64,000 nucleotides of DNA from Girardia tigrina. Its lineage: Eukaryota. The stretch is taken from NCBI GenBank assembly GCA_001938485.1, contig MQRK01209170.1, positions 4,329 through 68,328 of the forward strand. The letters are read 5' to 3'. Below the pieces are notes generated by a model. It was not told where the DNA came from. It searched no databases and saw only the letters and a list, made by a program, of their open reading frames with translations. A program made the translations under genes and the position numbers. Below, piece after piece: positions 24,401 to 39,896 of the stretch (position 1 is its first letter; every line of letters begins with the position of its first letter).

Positions 24401-27400
24401 CAATTGAACTTATAAAAATAAACTTTTGTTTACACAAAATGAATAATAACGATGTTAAGTCAAACGATAAGCAAAGTTGGAACCAATCATGATAATCTCA
24501 AGTTAGTCAAAGTAGAAAACTTTGGACCTGTTTAAGTATTAAATTTATTTTTTTTTCATTTTACCAAATGTAGTTTATTTTTATTTTTGTTAAGATATTT
24601 TCGATGCCATTTTCAATTATGGAATCATTGAATTAAATAAATAATTTAAAATCAAAATTAAGGTTCTGTTATAGTTTATAATATTCTAATATTTTATTTT
24701 ACATCTAATAATACAAACCTTATTGTAACAATTTGGCCAAAATTAAGATTGATCTCATTCATTTGAGCTATAAAAATTGCAGCAACTGCCTCATACAGAG
24801 CAGTTCCGTCCATATTTACTGTAACTCCAAGTGGAAGTATAAATCTTGTCACTCTTTTATCCACACCAAGATTTTCTTCTAGACATCTGAAAAATATAAA
24901 ACACCCTCTTATCACATAAAAATAATATTTCTTTTTCCTTTCTATTATTCTAAATAAACAAATGTAGAATTTTAGTATTTTACGCATAATTCTTGTAAAG
25001 TTTAGGTGCAATAGGATATTTTTCATAGCAAAATGTTAAGAGCTGATAACTGGCTTAGGAAATAATAATCGGAAGATATTAAATCAAATCATTAGGGAAG
25101 GTAGAAGAGTAGAGGAAGACAACAATCATTAATTAATTACAATATCAGCCAACTAGTGTAAATGAGTACATTATCGTTCAAATAGTATAATTAACTGACT
25201 CTGCTCTTACTTCTAAGCTTTCTGGTCTGTTGCCCGAGCCTAGAATTATAATCTGTTGTAAAAATCAAAATGTCAAAGTTAGCATCGATCACGTCTTTTG
25301 CATCTCAAAACGTAAGAAACATGACATATTTTGTGTCAAGTAGACGATCACATCTTACTAAAAGACTATTGTCCTTATAGACACCACTCGTGAGACTCTT
25401 AAGACTTAATTCCAAATGACACGAACAATGATAATAGCTCATGAAAGTACTAGGGGTAAAGTTCTACAAAAGCAGTTAAGTAGAAATTCAGCAAGGAAAT
25501 AAAGCTATTAGAGGTGTAAAAAAAGCAACTTCATTACCATCTTGAAAATGTCGAAAAAAAATCTCGGGTCAGTCGCCTAAAAATCATGAATTGAGTGTAC
25601 AGAATTTTAAAATTTTGAGAATCTATAAATCTCTTACAATTTTCAACATTACAAATACCTTTATTATAACAGTGATTCTATATTGAGTGAAACCAATAAT
25701 ATACACACGAGATCTGAAATCTAAAATTTACATCCAAACAGCACTCTCTATAACTTGATTATTAGTTATTAAATGATATAATGATGAAGTATTGATTGTA
25801 AAATATCTAACTACATCATATATGAAATTTACTGTTTAAAAATTATCTATTCTGCTTGCGAGGACTGTTTTGAATTGTTTGTTATTTTATATTGTGCATG
25901 TTGTATGTTGATTCGGATTGTGTCTTTCCTACCCAGATGACTGATTGGTATTTTCTTTGAATCCTACTTATTGAAAATAATTTAATTTAATTTTGAAGTA
26001 AAAAGATTTAAAATATTTTTCGAATATAATATTTAATTTTTAATGTAATTTAAAATTTTAATATATTAATTTAATTGGTACTTTTTTTAAATGTTTAGAT
26101 TTAATTTAAACCAATTAGAATCTTGATAATTAATTAATATTAATAAATATTTTAATTTATTTTAAAAAGTAGGATGAAACTCAGAAATATATATTAATCA
26201 GGAAAAATGTCGAGTAGCGAAAGTGGTTTGAATAATTATTGTAATGACAATTCTGCTTGTGATATTAATAAATGTTCAAAAAATTATATTGATGTTGTTA
26301 AGACTGCTGATGATTATTAACCCTTTCGCAGCGGCTTTCCGTTTTAAGTTATAGATAATTTTTGTTAAATATATATTGTTTATTCCGGTCTGAAATTTAT
26401 TATTTAAAAGTTTTTTTTGGAAATTTATTCAGGGGCGGGCTGGGGAGGTTGGGACAAATATATCCCATTCGTCTTTTATGATGGGTCATATATGTCCCAA
26501 CAGCCTTTTTAAACATTCACTGGGACATATGTGTCCCAGCAGCTGCGAAAGGGTTAAACCATCAAAATTAATAAACAAAAAAATAACTTTAGTTCTAATT
26601 GGCCTAGTGAGAAATGTTTAAATGTTGTATGTGCTTAAATAGTAAATATTAATTTTGGAATGTCTCTCAGTGACCCGAAAAAATAGCTGCAATTTTCCCT
26701 ACAAAATATCGCCGATAATTATTTTTTTTATTTCAGTTTAAAATTTATTTAAATAATACACATCAGGGATGTGATTGTTGAATTATAAAAAGAAATGATA
26801 AATAACTCCAATTTTCCCGACAAAATAATTTTTATTTTTATTTACAAATTGTAAATTACAACAAATATTTTTTTAGAATTAGAAATTTTTAGGATAAATT
26901 AAAAATTATTTTCATAATACAATTTGTTGAGAAATCAAGACACATAATCATGCAGTGAAAAGTACGTTTATTCGTTAAAATGCTGCTAGGTATTTTATTT
27001 ATTCCCCCTGTTTTTATAAAAAAATGCCTTTGAAGAACCGAATGATGTTGTTGAAAATTTGTATGACTACTGGGATGACAATTATACCGGTCGCTGAAGA
27101 CGAAACCACAAAGTTAGTCCGAGATTTCAGGTAACATTGTCGATCATTCGAGATCGAGTACAGGACAATTTACCACAAACAAACAAGTCAGTGGAGTAAT
27201 GGCCCCATGCTTTTTAGATGTTTATTGGTCGTCACTACCCTTGTACAATTTAGCTTTTAAATAATTCTTTTTGGTTTTAAATAAATAAATATACTTATAT
27301 CTATAAACTAGAAAAACACCCATCATGTATGACGGGGGAGTTAAATTTTCATCTTTGAAAGTTTCTGTTTTAATTTATAAATAGTAGTTATAAGTTATTA

Positions 27401-30400
27401 TTTATTGTTTCAAATTGGTTGTTTAATTTTTCAATTTTTTTCATTTTAATTTTTTTTAATTAAAATTTTTTATAATAAATAAAAAGAAACTATAAGAATA
27501 ATAGTAATAATAATACAAATAATAAGCGATAATAACTCCATAGCATCATGGAAAGGGGGTTAAAATAGCAAGAAAAACATTTTAAACATTTGTAGATAAT
27601 CGTAAAACGATTTTTGCCAAAAAATTGTAAGTAGATAATTTAATCATCTACTTACAATTGTAAGTAAATAATATGAGCTTTCCGCACAGAATCAGTCAAT
27701 CATTCAATCAGCTACAGAATGGGACTATTGTATATTTGATAAATTGTGTTGAGTTTTTGCGTGATTGGTTCAAAAGGGTCAAGTTTCAATTATGTTTAGA
27801 ATTTTCTTTAATAAAAAAGAAAAAAATGAAAAATATTTTAATGTTATTCCATCAGCATAAAATGCATCGGTTCTCGAAGCGACGAATTCTTGGAAGGCAT
27901 TTTGAGCATCATTTTGGTTTTTAAAAATTTTTTCACGTAGGAAGTTGTACAAATACCTGAAAAAGTAAAATCGTTTTTATTGCGAAGATGATTGGCAGAA
28001 CAAATTTCATAACGTCAGTTCTTTTCATTTTCATTCAAATCATGTGGAACCCATTTATCAAGTTTCTTGATTTTTCCAAGTTGTTTGAAATGATCCAGGA
28101 CTGTTGAATGACTAATGCCTAACCCATCTGCAAGTTCTCTGATTGTTTTACGGGGATCGGTTTCAACCATTGTCCTCAAATTGTCGTTGTTCACAGTAAC
28201 TGGACGACCACAAACTTCTTCATCTACAAGATTTTCATCTCCATCAGAAAATTTTCAGAACCATCGTTACACTGTGCACTCAGAAGCTGTTCCCTTTCCA
28301 AACGCTTTATTGATATTGTGAGCCGTTTCTGCTGCTTTACGACCCAGTTTAAATTCGTACAAGAAAATTGCTCGAATTTTAATTTTTTCCATTATTAATT
28401 TAGTACCGTAAATATTNNNNNNNNNNNNNNNNNNNNNNNNNNNNNNNNNNNNNNNNNNNNNNNNNNTAGGCATAAGATTTCAAATAATATCTAACACTAA
28501 TGCATTTAAACTTATATACATATCAAAGTAGATAAACAAAGTATAAAGCTCAAAAACCGCCATTATTTCTCGACCAACCTAATATTAATCAATTCGAATG
28601 AGTCTAACTTACGAGAGTTTTGTTAATAATTACTCTGAGGAAAAATCAATTTGTAACATTAATGTTGTTACGTTGTGGTTTTTTTACGAAAATTAATTTT
28701 GTATAATATATCTTTTAGTACCTCTAATATCCTCACATTCATCTAGTTCAGCGTATTTTAAACTGGGTTTTATTTATTTTTAGTTTTTTTACCTTTTAAT
28801 TTGTATTTTAAATATTCATATTGTAATATAAAATAAAAAAATATTTACTAAAAGTAATAATGTCTCATAAATAATGAAAGCGTTGAAGAAGAATTTTTAT
28901 TTTGTCGAACTTTGATAGAACATACAAGAAGAGAAGATATTTACGGTAAAGTTGACAAATTTTTTAAAAGTGATAGTTTAGATTGGAAAAATTGCTACGG
29001 AATATGCACAGATGATGCGAAATCAATGACGGGTGAAAATATCGGTTTCAAATCATTTGTTAAAGCTGCTAATAAGTATAACATTTACACACTGTCTTCT
29101 TCATAGAGAGGCACTTGCAGCAAAAAAATAACACCAGAATTAAACGAAGTCTTTCATAATGTGTAAAAATTATAAACTTTATTAGAAGTCGTGACATAAA
29201 CAGTCGCTTACCTTCCGAGTTCATTGTTCTAACTGATATTCTGTAAACCTGTATTCTGTATTCTGTAAATTAATGTTTTATATTTTTTTTAAATGATCAT
29301 TCTTTTGTTGATTTCTTACACGTTATTTATTTTAGAACACATAATATTCTCATTTATTTTATTCTAAAATGCCAAATATTAATTTATTATTTAACTTTCA
29401 GTTAATAAGTATTCAGCTTAAAACAAACGAATAAACTCCGAAAGGCGCTTATTGATTTATCAATTCAGTTTTCGTCAGTAGACATATCGAATACATAAAG
29501 TAAACAATATTAAATAGTGGAAGTTATGTGGAAAGTTAACCAAAGTAAAAGGTAAACTCTGAAGGATGTTTATCAACTTTGGTAAGTATTCAATTTGGAA
29601 GGATTTTTTCTTCAAAGTCTGAAAATAAGTGTGCCTCCATGAATATAATTTATCTCAAAAATTACTAGTACTTTTCGTAAGTTTCATAATTTTACAAAAT
29701 CCAATTTGAAATCGTACAGTAGCATATCCCTTTTGGTGCAAACTCTCAACTAGTATCTAATTTTGTAAAATATGCGATGCAACTATAAAGTCTTTAGACT
29801 CTTAAAAAGATAAGGAATACATGGAAACCAAATTGTATATTTACAAAATTATTTATATGCTACAGATATAAAATAAGTTTTATTTAATTGTTATAAATTT
29901 GGTTTAAAATTAGAGGTGAACATCTGTTGGGGCCTCCATTAAGAAAAAGATTTTTTAAAAGTTTCTTTTGAGTTTTTTAGCAAAAAGACTTTGTTACCCT
30001 TTCGAAGTGATCTGTCTAATCTAAAATACATATTTGTATTTATATTAAACACTATATACTTTATTTATATTTTTCTCATTGTTTTCTTTCTCTCTCTCTT
30101 TATTCTTGAATCTCTGGCTATGTATATTAATTATAAATATAAACATATAGGATTTAAGATTATATATTAAAAGAATCGATAATAAAATAACGTTTTTGAG
30201 TCACTATATAATTTTTATCACTTTACATTATTTTAATTTAAAAAATATTTTACTTTTCATTCAATTGAATCCTCCGAAATATTGGGAAAATGAAATAGTT
30301 ATGTCATAATTTTTAAATTGAAATGTGTTTTAAACAGTGATAAAAATTTTGGTGTATAAGTTGTATATGTGGATTTATGATTCACTGTTTTTAGACCTTT

Positions 30401-33400
30401 TATATATGTATTGTTGAGGTTATGTTTTAAAAATATATATCTATATAAAAAAAATAAAAAACAAAAGATGTCTGAGGCTCCTCTTTCGGTCATTCCTGGG
30501 AATGAGGAACTATTTCGCCTCATTCCCCGGGATGGCTCCGAGTTTGGAAGCCCGTCAGTATTAAAAAATTTTATACAAAAAATATATATAAAATAAATGT
30601 AAATATAAAAAATAATAATAATTCTACCTTACTTATTTTTGGAGAAATGAGAATTTCTGGGGAATATTCCCTTTTGAAAAGAAATAAAAGTCGACATCAG
30701 TCGACTAATCAAAATTAACCATTAGGCCATTCATCAATTTGAAATATTATCGGCCTAATGGCCTATTTGATTTATTCGCTGGCCTTAATGGCCTGATTAA
30801 AAAATTTTTTAAAAATATATTTTAAAATATTATGTATATAATAAATAAATTTAAAAAATATATTTTATATGTATTGTAGCTCTAGTATAAATAGAGCAAT
30901 ATTTTTATACAAAAAAATAATATAAAAAAGCGAAAAATTTGCAAATTTATAAAAACAAAAATTCCTGTATAGGATTTAGAATTATTTTAGATTCTTCTAT
31001 ACTGTATAGCATCTTATAATCTCGCCTCCATTCATTCAAAGGTTATACAAACCTTTGCTCAAGACTGTAATTGTATATTGAAATAAACGATTATTGAAGA
31101 AGCTTTGTTATTTATTGGAGTCAAGAGTTCATCAAGTTTAAACGTTGGGTCAGATAAATGAGCGCCGAACACCAAACAAATCATTCTGATTTCTGTGTTC
31201 AAAATCAAATTCAAATTAAATACCCAACAGTATGCATCTATATTTCTGTATATTTAAGTGCATGCATTAAACTTATGATAAGAGGTTTTAAACAGTGAAA
31301 GAATATTCTATTTTTAGATACAATTAAATATAGCGGGTTTTAAAGATTGATAAAGTCGACTTAACACATTGCAAGCAACACATAGTCGTTGGAATTTAAT
31401 GTCTTCAGAAACTGCGAAGTTGGAGATACACAAGAATTTACAAAGCATATCTTAATCTTTGGATTGACAAGCAGAGTTCTGTCAACTGCAGGTGCTGACT
31501 GTGCTCAATGTACTAAATAACCATTTTTCCTTCATGTCGGCATTTATCGGTAACTTTATTGTTGAAAATTTTCTTAATTTGGAGTCAGATATTTGAATTA
31601 AGATAAGTACAATTTAATTTGAATATTCGAATAATAATTATGTATATATTCATTCAATCTTGAATCGATGCTAACGATTTTTAAAGTCTCTTTAAATAGT
31701 TATCATTTCCTATTATTTCAGATTTCAGTGCATCAGAAATGTATAAAAGTCAGTTACAATCCAAAATAAATTCGATGATATTTTGATGTTTAATTGTAAA
31801 ACTTCGGATAGTTCGATTAATTCTTCTAAAAAATAATTATTTAAAAAATTTTATATTTCTTGTTTTACTGTGTTAAAAATTTAAGTATGTTTTTCAGTAT
31901 ATAAACTCAATTTTCATGCAATTCCTCATTGTGTTCCGATACCCTCTCTTTTAATCTAAACTGCAATACCGTATTTATGAGAATCAGCAGGAGGCAACAA
32001 GAAATTGGTCTCTCGGTTTAATATGTGATCTCAAACGACAATTGTTATCTGAGCTAACTGTAAATCTAATTTGAACATTTTGATCAAATATAAATTTGTT
32101 CAATTAATTCAAATGTTACCCCTATATTATTGTTGAAATTTTTTTTGATTTGGAGTCAGATATTTGAATTAAGGTAAGTACAATTTAATTTGAATATTCG
32201 AATAACCAAAATTTCTTGACATATATTTTTTAGAAAAAATTAATTAGTATTCAATATTAACTTTATTTCGTTAATTAAATCAAAATTTAAAATTGGTTAT
32301 ATTTTTATATTTGGCGAAATTACTATTAAATTATACATTAATATCTGAAAATGAATAAAACTGATTCTTACTTAATTGTAATTGGCAAAGTCGCAGAACT
32401 AGATGCCGTTCCTAATGCAGTTATAAAAGCTTGTAACATTCCATAAAAGAATTTGAAAGGATTCTTTTTGGTAAATAAGAAATAGATAAGATTTAAAATA
32501 ATTCCACCATGAATTATTAATCCAATTAGTACAGTTAACATATAAAATCCTAGAGACGATGCAGTAACTAGCAAATCATCAATTTCAAGAATCTTCCCAG
32601 TTATAAGAAAAAAGATGCCTATCGGTGAATACCTATAAAAATTTTGTAAATATATATTACAAATTCAATTATTGAACAATTTTCATGTAAGAGATTAACT
32701 TAATTTATCTATTACCATCAAGTTTTTTTTTTGTAATAAAAATATTTACTACTACTAACAAACTTTAACCTCTTTCTTACGTAGTCTAGTGAACATTAAT
32801 TTGATATTATTTGAATAAATATTGGAAAAAGCAAACATTATACAACCAATCGTTTTGATACTCATTGATCATCATTAGGAATTACTTTTTTTAACATTAA
32901 ATAAGTTAAATAAGATAAAAGATATAATCATTACAAATTATGATAAGGTCTCGTAAAACGGACAAATTCTATAAATTAAAATAGAAAAAATATATCATAC
33001 ATAATCATAATGAAAAGAATTTTAACAAATTATTGAAACGTATACTAAGAAATAAAATCATCGATGAAGAGGTTACCATAATCATTCAGTGCCAATGGTC
33101 TCAACCAGCGAGGTCGTATCAATTAATCAAAGCACTAAAAACTAACTATTTCTTTTGTCATTTTTTCCTTGATATATACATCCCTGTATAGAGTTGTGAA
33201 AATTCTTAACTCTTATTAATCCCTCTGATTTCCAATTCTTTTGAAATTAAGCATAGTTTCGATTTTAAGGACTTTGTTCAGAATCGAATTACATTGGTGA
33301 ATACTGAATGCATGGTTTTATTTGATGTCTCGATTCTATTGACGAATGCACTCATCGATTAAATCGTTCGATTGGCTATGGAATTATGTGAAAGAAAACC

Positions 33401-36400
33401 CAACTCTAGGAACAAGAAATATATGTATCCAAAGGCTCTGTTCGAACTGCTGACTTTTTGTTTAAAGTTGTTTTGTGTCTGTTGTTTTTGGTGAACTTTA
33501 AATTTGTGAAAATTTTTAAATTGAAAATCATATTTATATTTAAGTTAAAATAATTTTACACAAGTTTTTGAAAATCAAATTAAAGTCTAATTAAAATGAA
33601 TGTGTATAATTTAAGTTCAAAATCAAAATAAAAATAATTTTTTTTACCAAAAATTAATTTTCAGAAATCTATATTTAAACAATAACAGCAATGTTTGACT
33701 AATTAAAATGGATTAAAAATTTTGATTACATTAATTTACAATAGATTAAAGAATATTTTTTGTATAAAATGAAGTTTTAAAAAAATTATAATGTTTTATT
33801 GAAATTAATTGTAAACTGGAATTTATTAAAAAATAATTTATCATTGAAATATTTCCCATTAAAATATTTTTCAAGATCTAAAATCCTATTTAAGTTTAAT
33901 AAACATTGTAAAAAAATAATTTATACAAAACTTAATAAAAACGCATTTAGGTATATCGATATTTATATTTAGAAATTTAAAATCTGGTTTGTGCAAACTG
34001 AAAATATTGTTCCTCATAAATTTGTTTATATAATGAACGTTGTAATATAAATAAAATTTAATCATGAACCTTGATCTTAATCACGAACCCAATAGTGTTT
34101 ATTAAATGAAAAATTTTACATTGTAGCAATGGTTAACTTGCTCCAGTGCTGGTATCAATCTTCATGCAGTTGATGGAAGGGAACTGTCATTCCAACAACG
34201 GCAAAGAACGATTTATTTTCACGATCAAAACGATTACAATACAATTTTCAAAACATTCGATAAAAAGTGAATATTAAAATAACAATTTTAATTTCACCCT
34301 CAAACAACATGAAAAATAATGTCTCATTATACATGGACCTCGTAAAGAACGCAAACAAGTTAATAAAATTTATTATATAAAATATTGATCGGGGTTTGCT
34401 AACCAATTAAACTTGGAAATCTTCTCCTTTTTATATTAAGGCAATATTATATAATATTATGTAAAATGCCCCGGGGTCAGTTGATGCAATTGAAATTGAC
34501 CTTGTAATTGCACATTCCCGTGATGTCATGACACAAAATCACGGGAATTCGAACTCTAGTAATGTCATGAGATTTGAAATCATTGAAGTTCAATATTACT
34601 GAATGTGGTGAGGAATGACATCACCACAGACCTATTTACTGCAGAATAACCATATTTTTATAAAAGGAATGTGGATAGTTTATTTTTAGTTTTCCATGAC
34701 GAATTTTGAATTTCATGTTCATTCATAATTATATTGATTTTGCAAGAGAATTGAAGGTTAATAATAATCTTCCATTCCAGGATTTCCATGTAAAAGAACG
34801 AATGGTAAATAATAAAAGGAATGGTAAAGTTAAACATCAGAAGTATGAATTTATACACTATCAAAAATTTTAATAATTTTTAACAGGCTTTTAAATAAAA
34901 ATTACAGCGAATGTTTAAACAAAATTTTTGACCAAAGTAAGAATAAATTTTGTATATAAAAATATCCAAAAAACGATGTTCAAATACGTATGACAAGAGA
35001 AATGTATTTCATCATGGATGTATCAGATATACGTAAAATGAATAAAGTTATAAATCACTCTTTCCAGACCTTTTTTAAGAATCGCCCACATGGTTTTCAT
35101 CACGACTTCTATAGATGGACGAATGAGTTTTTCTGCAATAGTATGTGGCTTCCCTACTTTTGCAATTAGACCAGATATCTCGTAACTGGCTAGAAGTCCT
35201 GCTTGTGACATTGAAACATGCGATTTGAAGATGGAGGAAATAGTTGAACGAGCTTCGAAAATGGAAAGTAGCTTGTTGAAAAATTGAACATTGGAATTTT
35301 CTTTATCTGGATGCACCCTCTTCAGATGTTCCTTCATTCGTGAAGGCTTCATTGCCTCGTTTGAAAATGATTTCTGGCAAAGGAGGCAAAGTGGAATCCG
35401 ATCATCTTGCGGGAACTTCGTAAAACCGTACTTTTGATACTCCACGTTATATAGACGCGCGACTGCTTTTGTTTTCCTATCTATTTTTGAAATTTTCGCA
35501 CGACTTTCTGTCATGTTGTAATATTTGTCTTTTTTGATTTTAAGTAAAATTTAAATTACAAAACACAAAAAAATATTATAACAAAATAAAGTAATTTTCA
35601 ATTTAATAAAACGATGTAAATTTTAAATTACTTAAATATATAGATCAGAATTTTAATATTAAATAAAATGTTAAAAAATTAAATAGAATTTTTCGTTAGA
35701 ACTGTCGTAACATTTTCAATAAATTAACAAATTATAAATGTTGAATTATGAAATTACATATCGCCCACTAATTCTACATTCACTATTCATCACTCATACA
35801 TTATTTTTGATCGCCCAGGTTGGGAAACACTGTTTTAAATTGTCCTCAATTCATTAAATTTATGAAGTATAGAAAAATGGGAAATTACCTCCTCTTAAAG
35901 ATGCGTCTATCTAAAGTTTCTCATTAAAGATGACCATATTGGAAAAATGTCTGATATTCTTTGTTTCTGATTCTCAAACAGCCAAATTGAATGTACTTCC
36001 AAAAGTAAAAAAATATAGAATTTATATTTCGTACTCTACAGTATAATACTGCAAAATATATAGATATGCAATTGAAACCTTTATCAAAGTATACCTTTAT
36101 GCTTTTATATAGGACGTAATTGATTACTATGCTAAGGATCACAACGCAAATCAATAGTTTCCTGTAACAGAACATTTGCAAACAGACTTGATACATCAAA
36201 AGAAACCATAAAGTCATACTTTGATTGAATTTCAAAGCTAGACTTAGAATTAAAAATTTAAACTATTCTGACAAGTAAAATTCTTAAGAATTAAAGGTTT
36301 CAATTGCATTTCCGGGTCAATCCTAATTTAAACTTAAACACACCAACATCATATAAATAAGAAAACGATTCCGACAAAAGATTTTTATTTAATGATATAT

Positions 36401-39400
36401 TACTGATCAAAATGAGCTCATTCCACATGACAATTTGCAAGTTTTTAAATTCATTGTTTTTAATTTATTTAGTTTAGTGAAGCAAATTTTTACAATTTGT
36501 AATATTAAATAGTTATTCTTTAAAAAAATCTTTTTTTGGTTGTTAATGATAGAAGAGACTACTAATCATCTCTACATACGAGTCCAAAAGCGCGCTAATA
36601 GAGGTTGAAAGATAAAATAAAAACATAATATTGCTGAGCACAGAAGAACTTATAAATGTAACTTGAGTATAAATGATTCCGAAATTCTGTGCAAGAATTT
36701 TAAAATTATTGGGAGAGTGTCATGTGAAGCATTGTTAATAAGATCTCGTAATCCGCAAATCAATGTTTAATTGGAATAGAAAACAAATTCGTCAAATTCA
36801 TCAAACAAATTCTTTTTAATTAATATATTACATAATCATCAATTTCACATTAAATAATCAATAAAATACTCAAAATCAGTGATCCCAAGATGATGGTAAA
36901 ACCAAGGAAAAATATTTTATTTAAATATATTTAAAAATGGCGTTGTTATTGCTATCTCAAAAAATTGCCATTATTTTTTACAAATTATTTAAAATTATAA
37001 ATAAATAAATCAATATTAAAACGAATTTTCGTTATTTTATAATTTATTTTTAAGAAAATATTTGGGAAAGTTAAAAAAAATATTTTAAAATAATAGAAAA
37101 TCACACAAAAATATGATTTTCGATGTTGAAAAGTATGTATTTTATTTAAGAAATTGAATATAAAATAATTAAAAAAAACAGATATAAAATAATTAAAATT
37201 AATTTCATTATTTTTATAAAAATAATAGAATTGAATATCTTACCACATTATCATCATGACTAATTTCATGACTACTCTATTTAAAATAGAAAAAAATTCT
37301 ATCATAATTTGTGCTTCCATACCCAATTTTCGGAGGATCAACCCAAACACAATTGAAAATGATAACAAACCTAGATTTTTATTAATAAATAAATGTATTT
37401 TTCAAAATTACCTAAAACGTTAGTCCCTTCTTTCTTAATGATGATAAACTGAGTCTCATTTGTATACATCTTGGTTGAATTTTCATAATAGTATTTCTTG
37501 ACGACTTTAGTACCTGTCGCAACTTGTTGAAAGCACATCTCAACAAGATTTGATGGAAAGATATTCCTAATAAAATTTTAATACTTCAAAAACGTGAAGA
37601 TTACATTAAACACATTAACACCTAGCGAAAAAATGATAAAAACAATTGAATACATTAAACTTCAGTGAAGAATACACTCTTAGAATATTATTACAAAATA
37701 AAACCAAATTAATTTGTTTGTCCCGAAAACACAGTTAAAATCATGAAAAAACTAGTAAATCAAAAATAATTTTATATCCATTCTTTATGTGGGTAGAACT
37801 CTATTTGGCCAACAGATTTTTTTGTTATCTTTTACAAAAGGGAAAATTTCATACAAAAATTTTTACAACTCCATTTTTCAATTAAATAGTTATTAATAAC
37901 ATAATAAATTTAAAATATTATAAAGCATGAAAGGAAAAAACCAAAACATTTCTATTTAATGCAGTATAAACATTTGTGGATAATCATAAAACGTTTTTTG
38001 AAAAAAAATTTTGATTTCCTTGTTTGAGCAAATTTTCGAATTATCATTTATTGTCATCGAAAATGAGTGAGTGTACAAAGTATGGAGAAAATTGATTCAG
38101 TAAAAACCCTTCAAAAATAGGTCACTAAATTATATATATATATATATATATNNNNNNNNNNNNNNNNNNNNNNNNNNNNNNNNNNNNNNNNNNNNNNNNN
38201 NATATATATATATATATAAAGCAAGATAAAAAAAAAGAATGTAAAAAATCAAATTTCAGGCGTATGATTATTTAATGAAACGTAACCCTTTTTTACTGCC
38301 AGCGTTAAAGGGTGAAACATTTATAAATAACCATAGAATTTAGAAACCTATTTTTGAAGGCCTCTTACTTAATCAATTTTCTACAAACTTAGCACACTTA
38401 CTCATTTTCGATGACAATAAATGATAATATGAAAATTTGATCAAAAAAAGCTTTTTAATTGAAAAACGGCCCAATCGGAGTTCCTAAACAATATTAGCAT
38501 AAAAAACTCTACTTATAAATTATGAGTAGTTTATATTACGGAAAAAAAATAATTGAAAAATAAATAAAGTCCAGTAAACCGATTTAAAGTCTAACTAGTA
38601 AATGAAAAATTATTTTTTTATATCTGCTTGGCCAACATAATTTTTAATTTTTTATTGTTTTTCTTAATAAAAATTTTGTTGGCCAAGTAGAGTTCTGTCT
38701 GTACAAAGAATGGATACAAATTTTTTTTATGATTTACTAGTTTAAAAAATCAATTTTTTTGAAAATGACGGTTAATTCGTCGAAATTAATAAATAGTTTC
38801 AAACATTTTAATTGAAATATACTTTACTACTTCAAAGCCTTTATCTTTCATCACCAGAATCACCATATCACCAATGTTGTTCTAGTGTCATTGACAAAGT
38901 TCAATCAAGAACACGTATTAAGTGCAAAATATATTTTGGATCCCTTGCTTTACTAAAAAATTCACACCCTATAAGTGATTTCTCTTGGTGTAAAGACTGG
39001 GCAAAAAATGTGCTACGTCAATGTGAGAGAGAATTTATGGTTATTATGGATTGTAGAAATTCAAATTGGTAGTTATGGATAATGTGATAATAGATTCCAT
39101 AATAAATTTCAATAAACCATCTGAATATTCCATGCCAGTTTTTCATTTCAATCAGCGCTTAAACAGATGGCAAAATAAATAAATGATGTCCACAAAATAA
39201 TAAAATTTATTTTTGTAAGTTTTTTAATTTTTAAAAGTTTTCCGGTTTTTTAGTACTTTTTTAAACATAACCAATAGTATATTTTGTAAGTTTGTGAAAA
39301 AATTATAATTTTTTATAATAAATTGATCGAGTTTTGATTATTTTAAATCGAATGTCCAATACTAATTTGTACGGGTATGTCCATCTACAAAGGGGTATTG

Positions 39401-39855
39401 TTTTATAGAGGGGTATAGTTTTTATCGAGGGATATATTAGTAAATAGCCAATTTTTTCCATTGTTATGACTTTTTTGAACAAGATGTATGTAGCTAAACT
39501 CTCAAGCTTTAGTCAATATTTTCTTTTTATATTTATTTTTTTTATATTCTTTATAATTTATCCAAGATAATTTTTTTGTTATCTTTTGTAGAAGGGAAAA
39601 TTACTATTACATTTACTTTTTTATCTTTACTTTTTATTGCGTAATATATTATTTATAACTATTTATAATTTATAAGCAGATCTTTTTAGACTAATTTTGA
39701 TCAAGAACTCAGATTTGACCGGTTTTTCCCATAAAAGCTTTTTTTCATCAAATTTTCACATAATCATTTATTGTCATCAAAAATGAGTAAGTGTTCAAAG
39801 TTTGGAGAACATTGATTGAGTAAAGACTTCAAAAATAGGTTTCTAAATTCCATGG

Positions 39856-39896
<41 letters not shown>

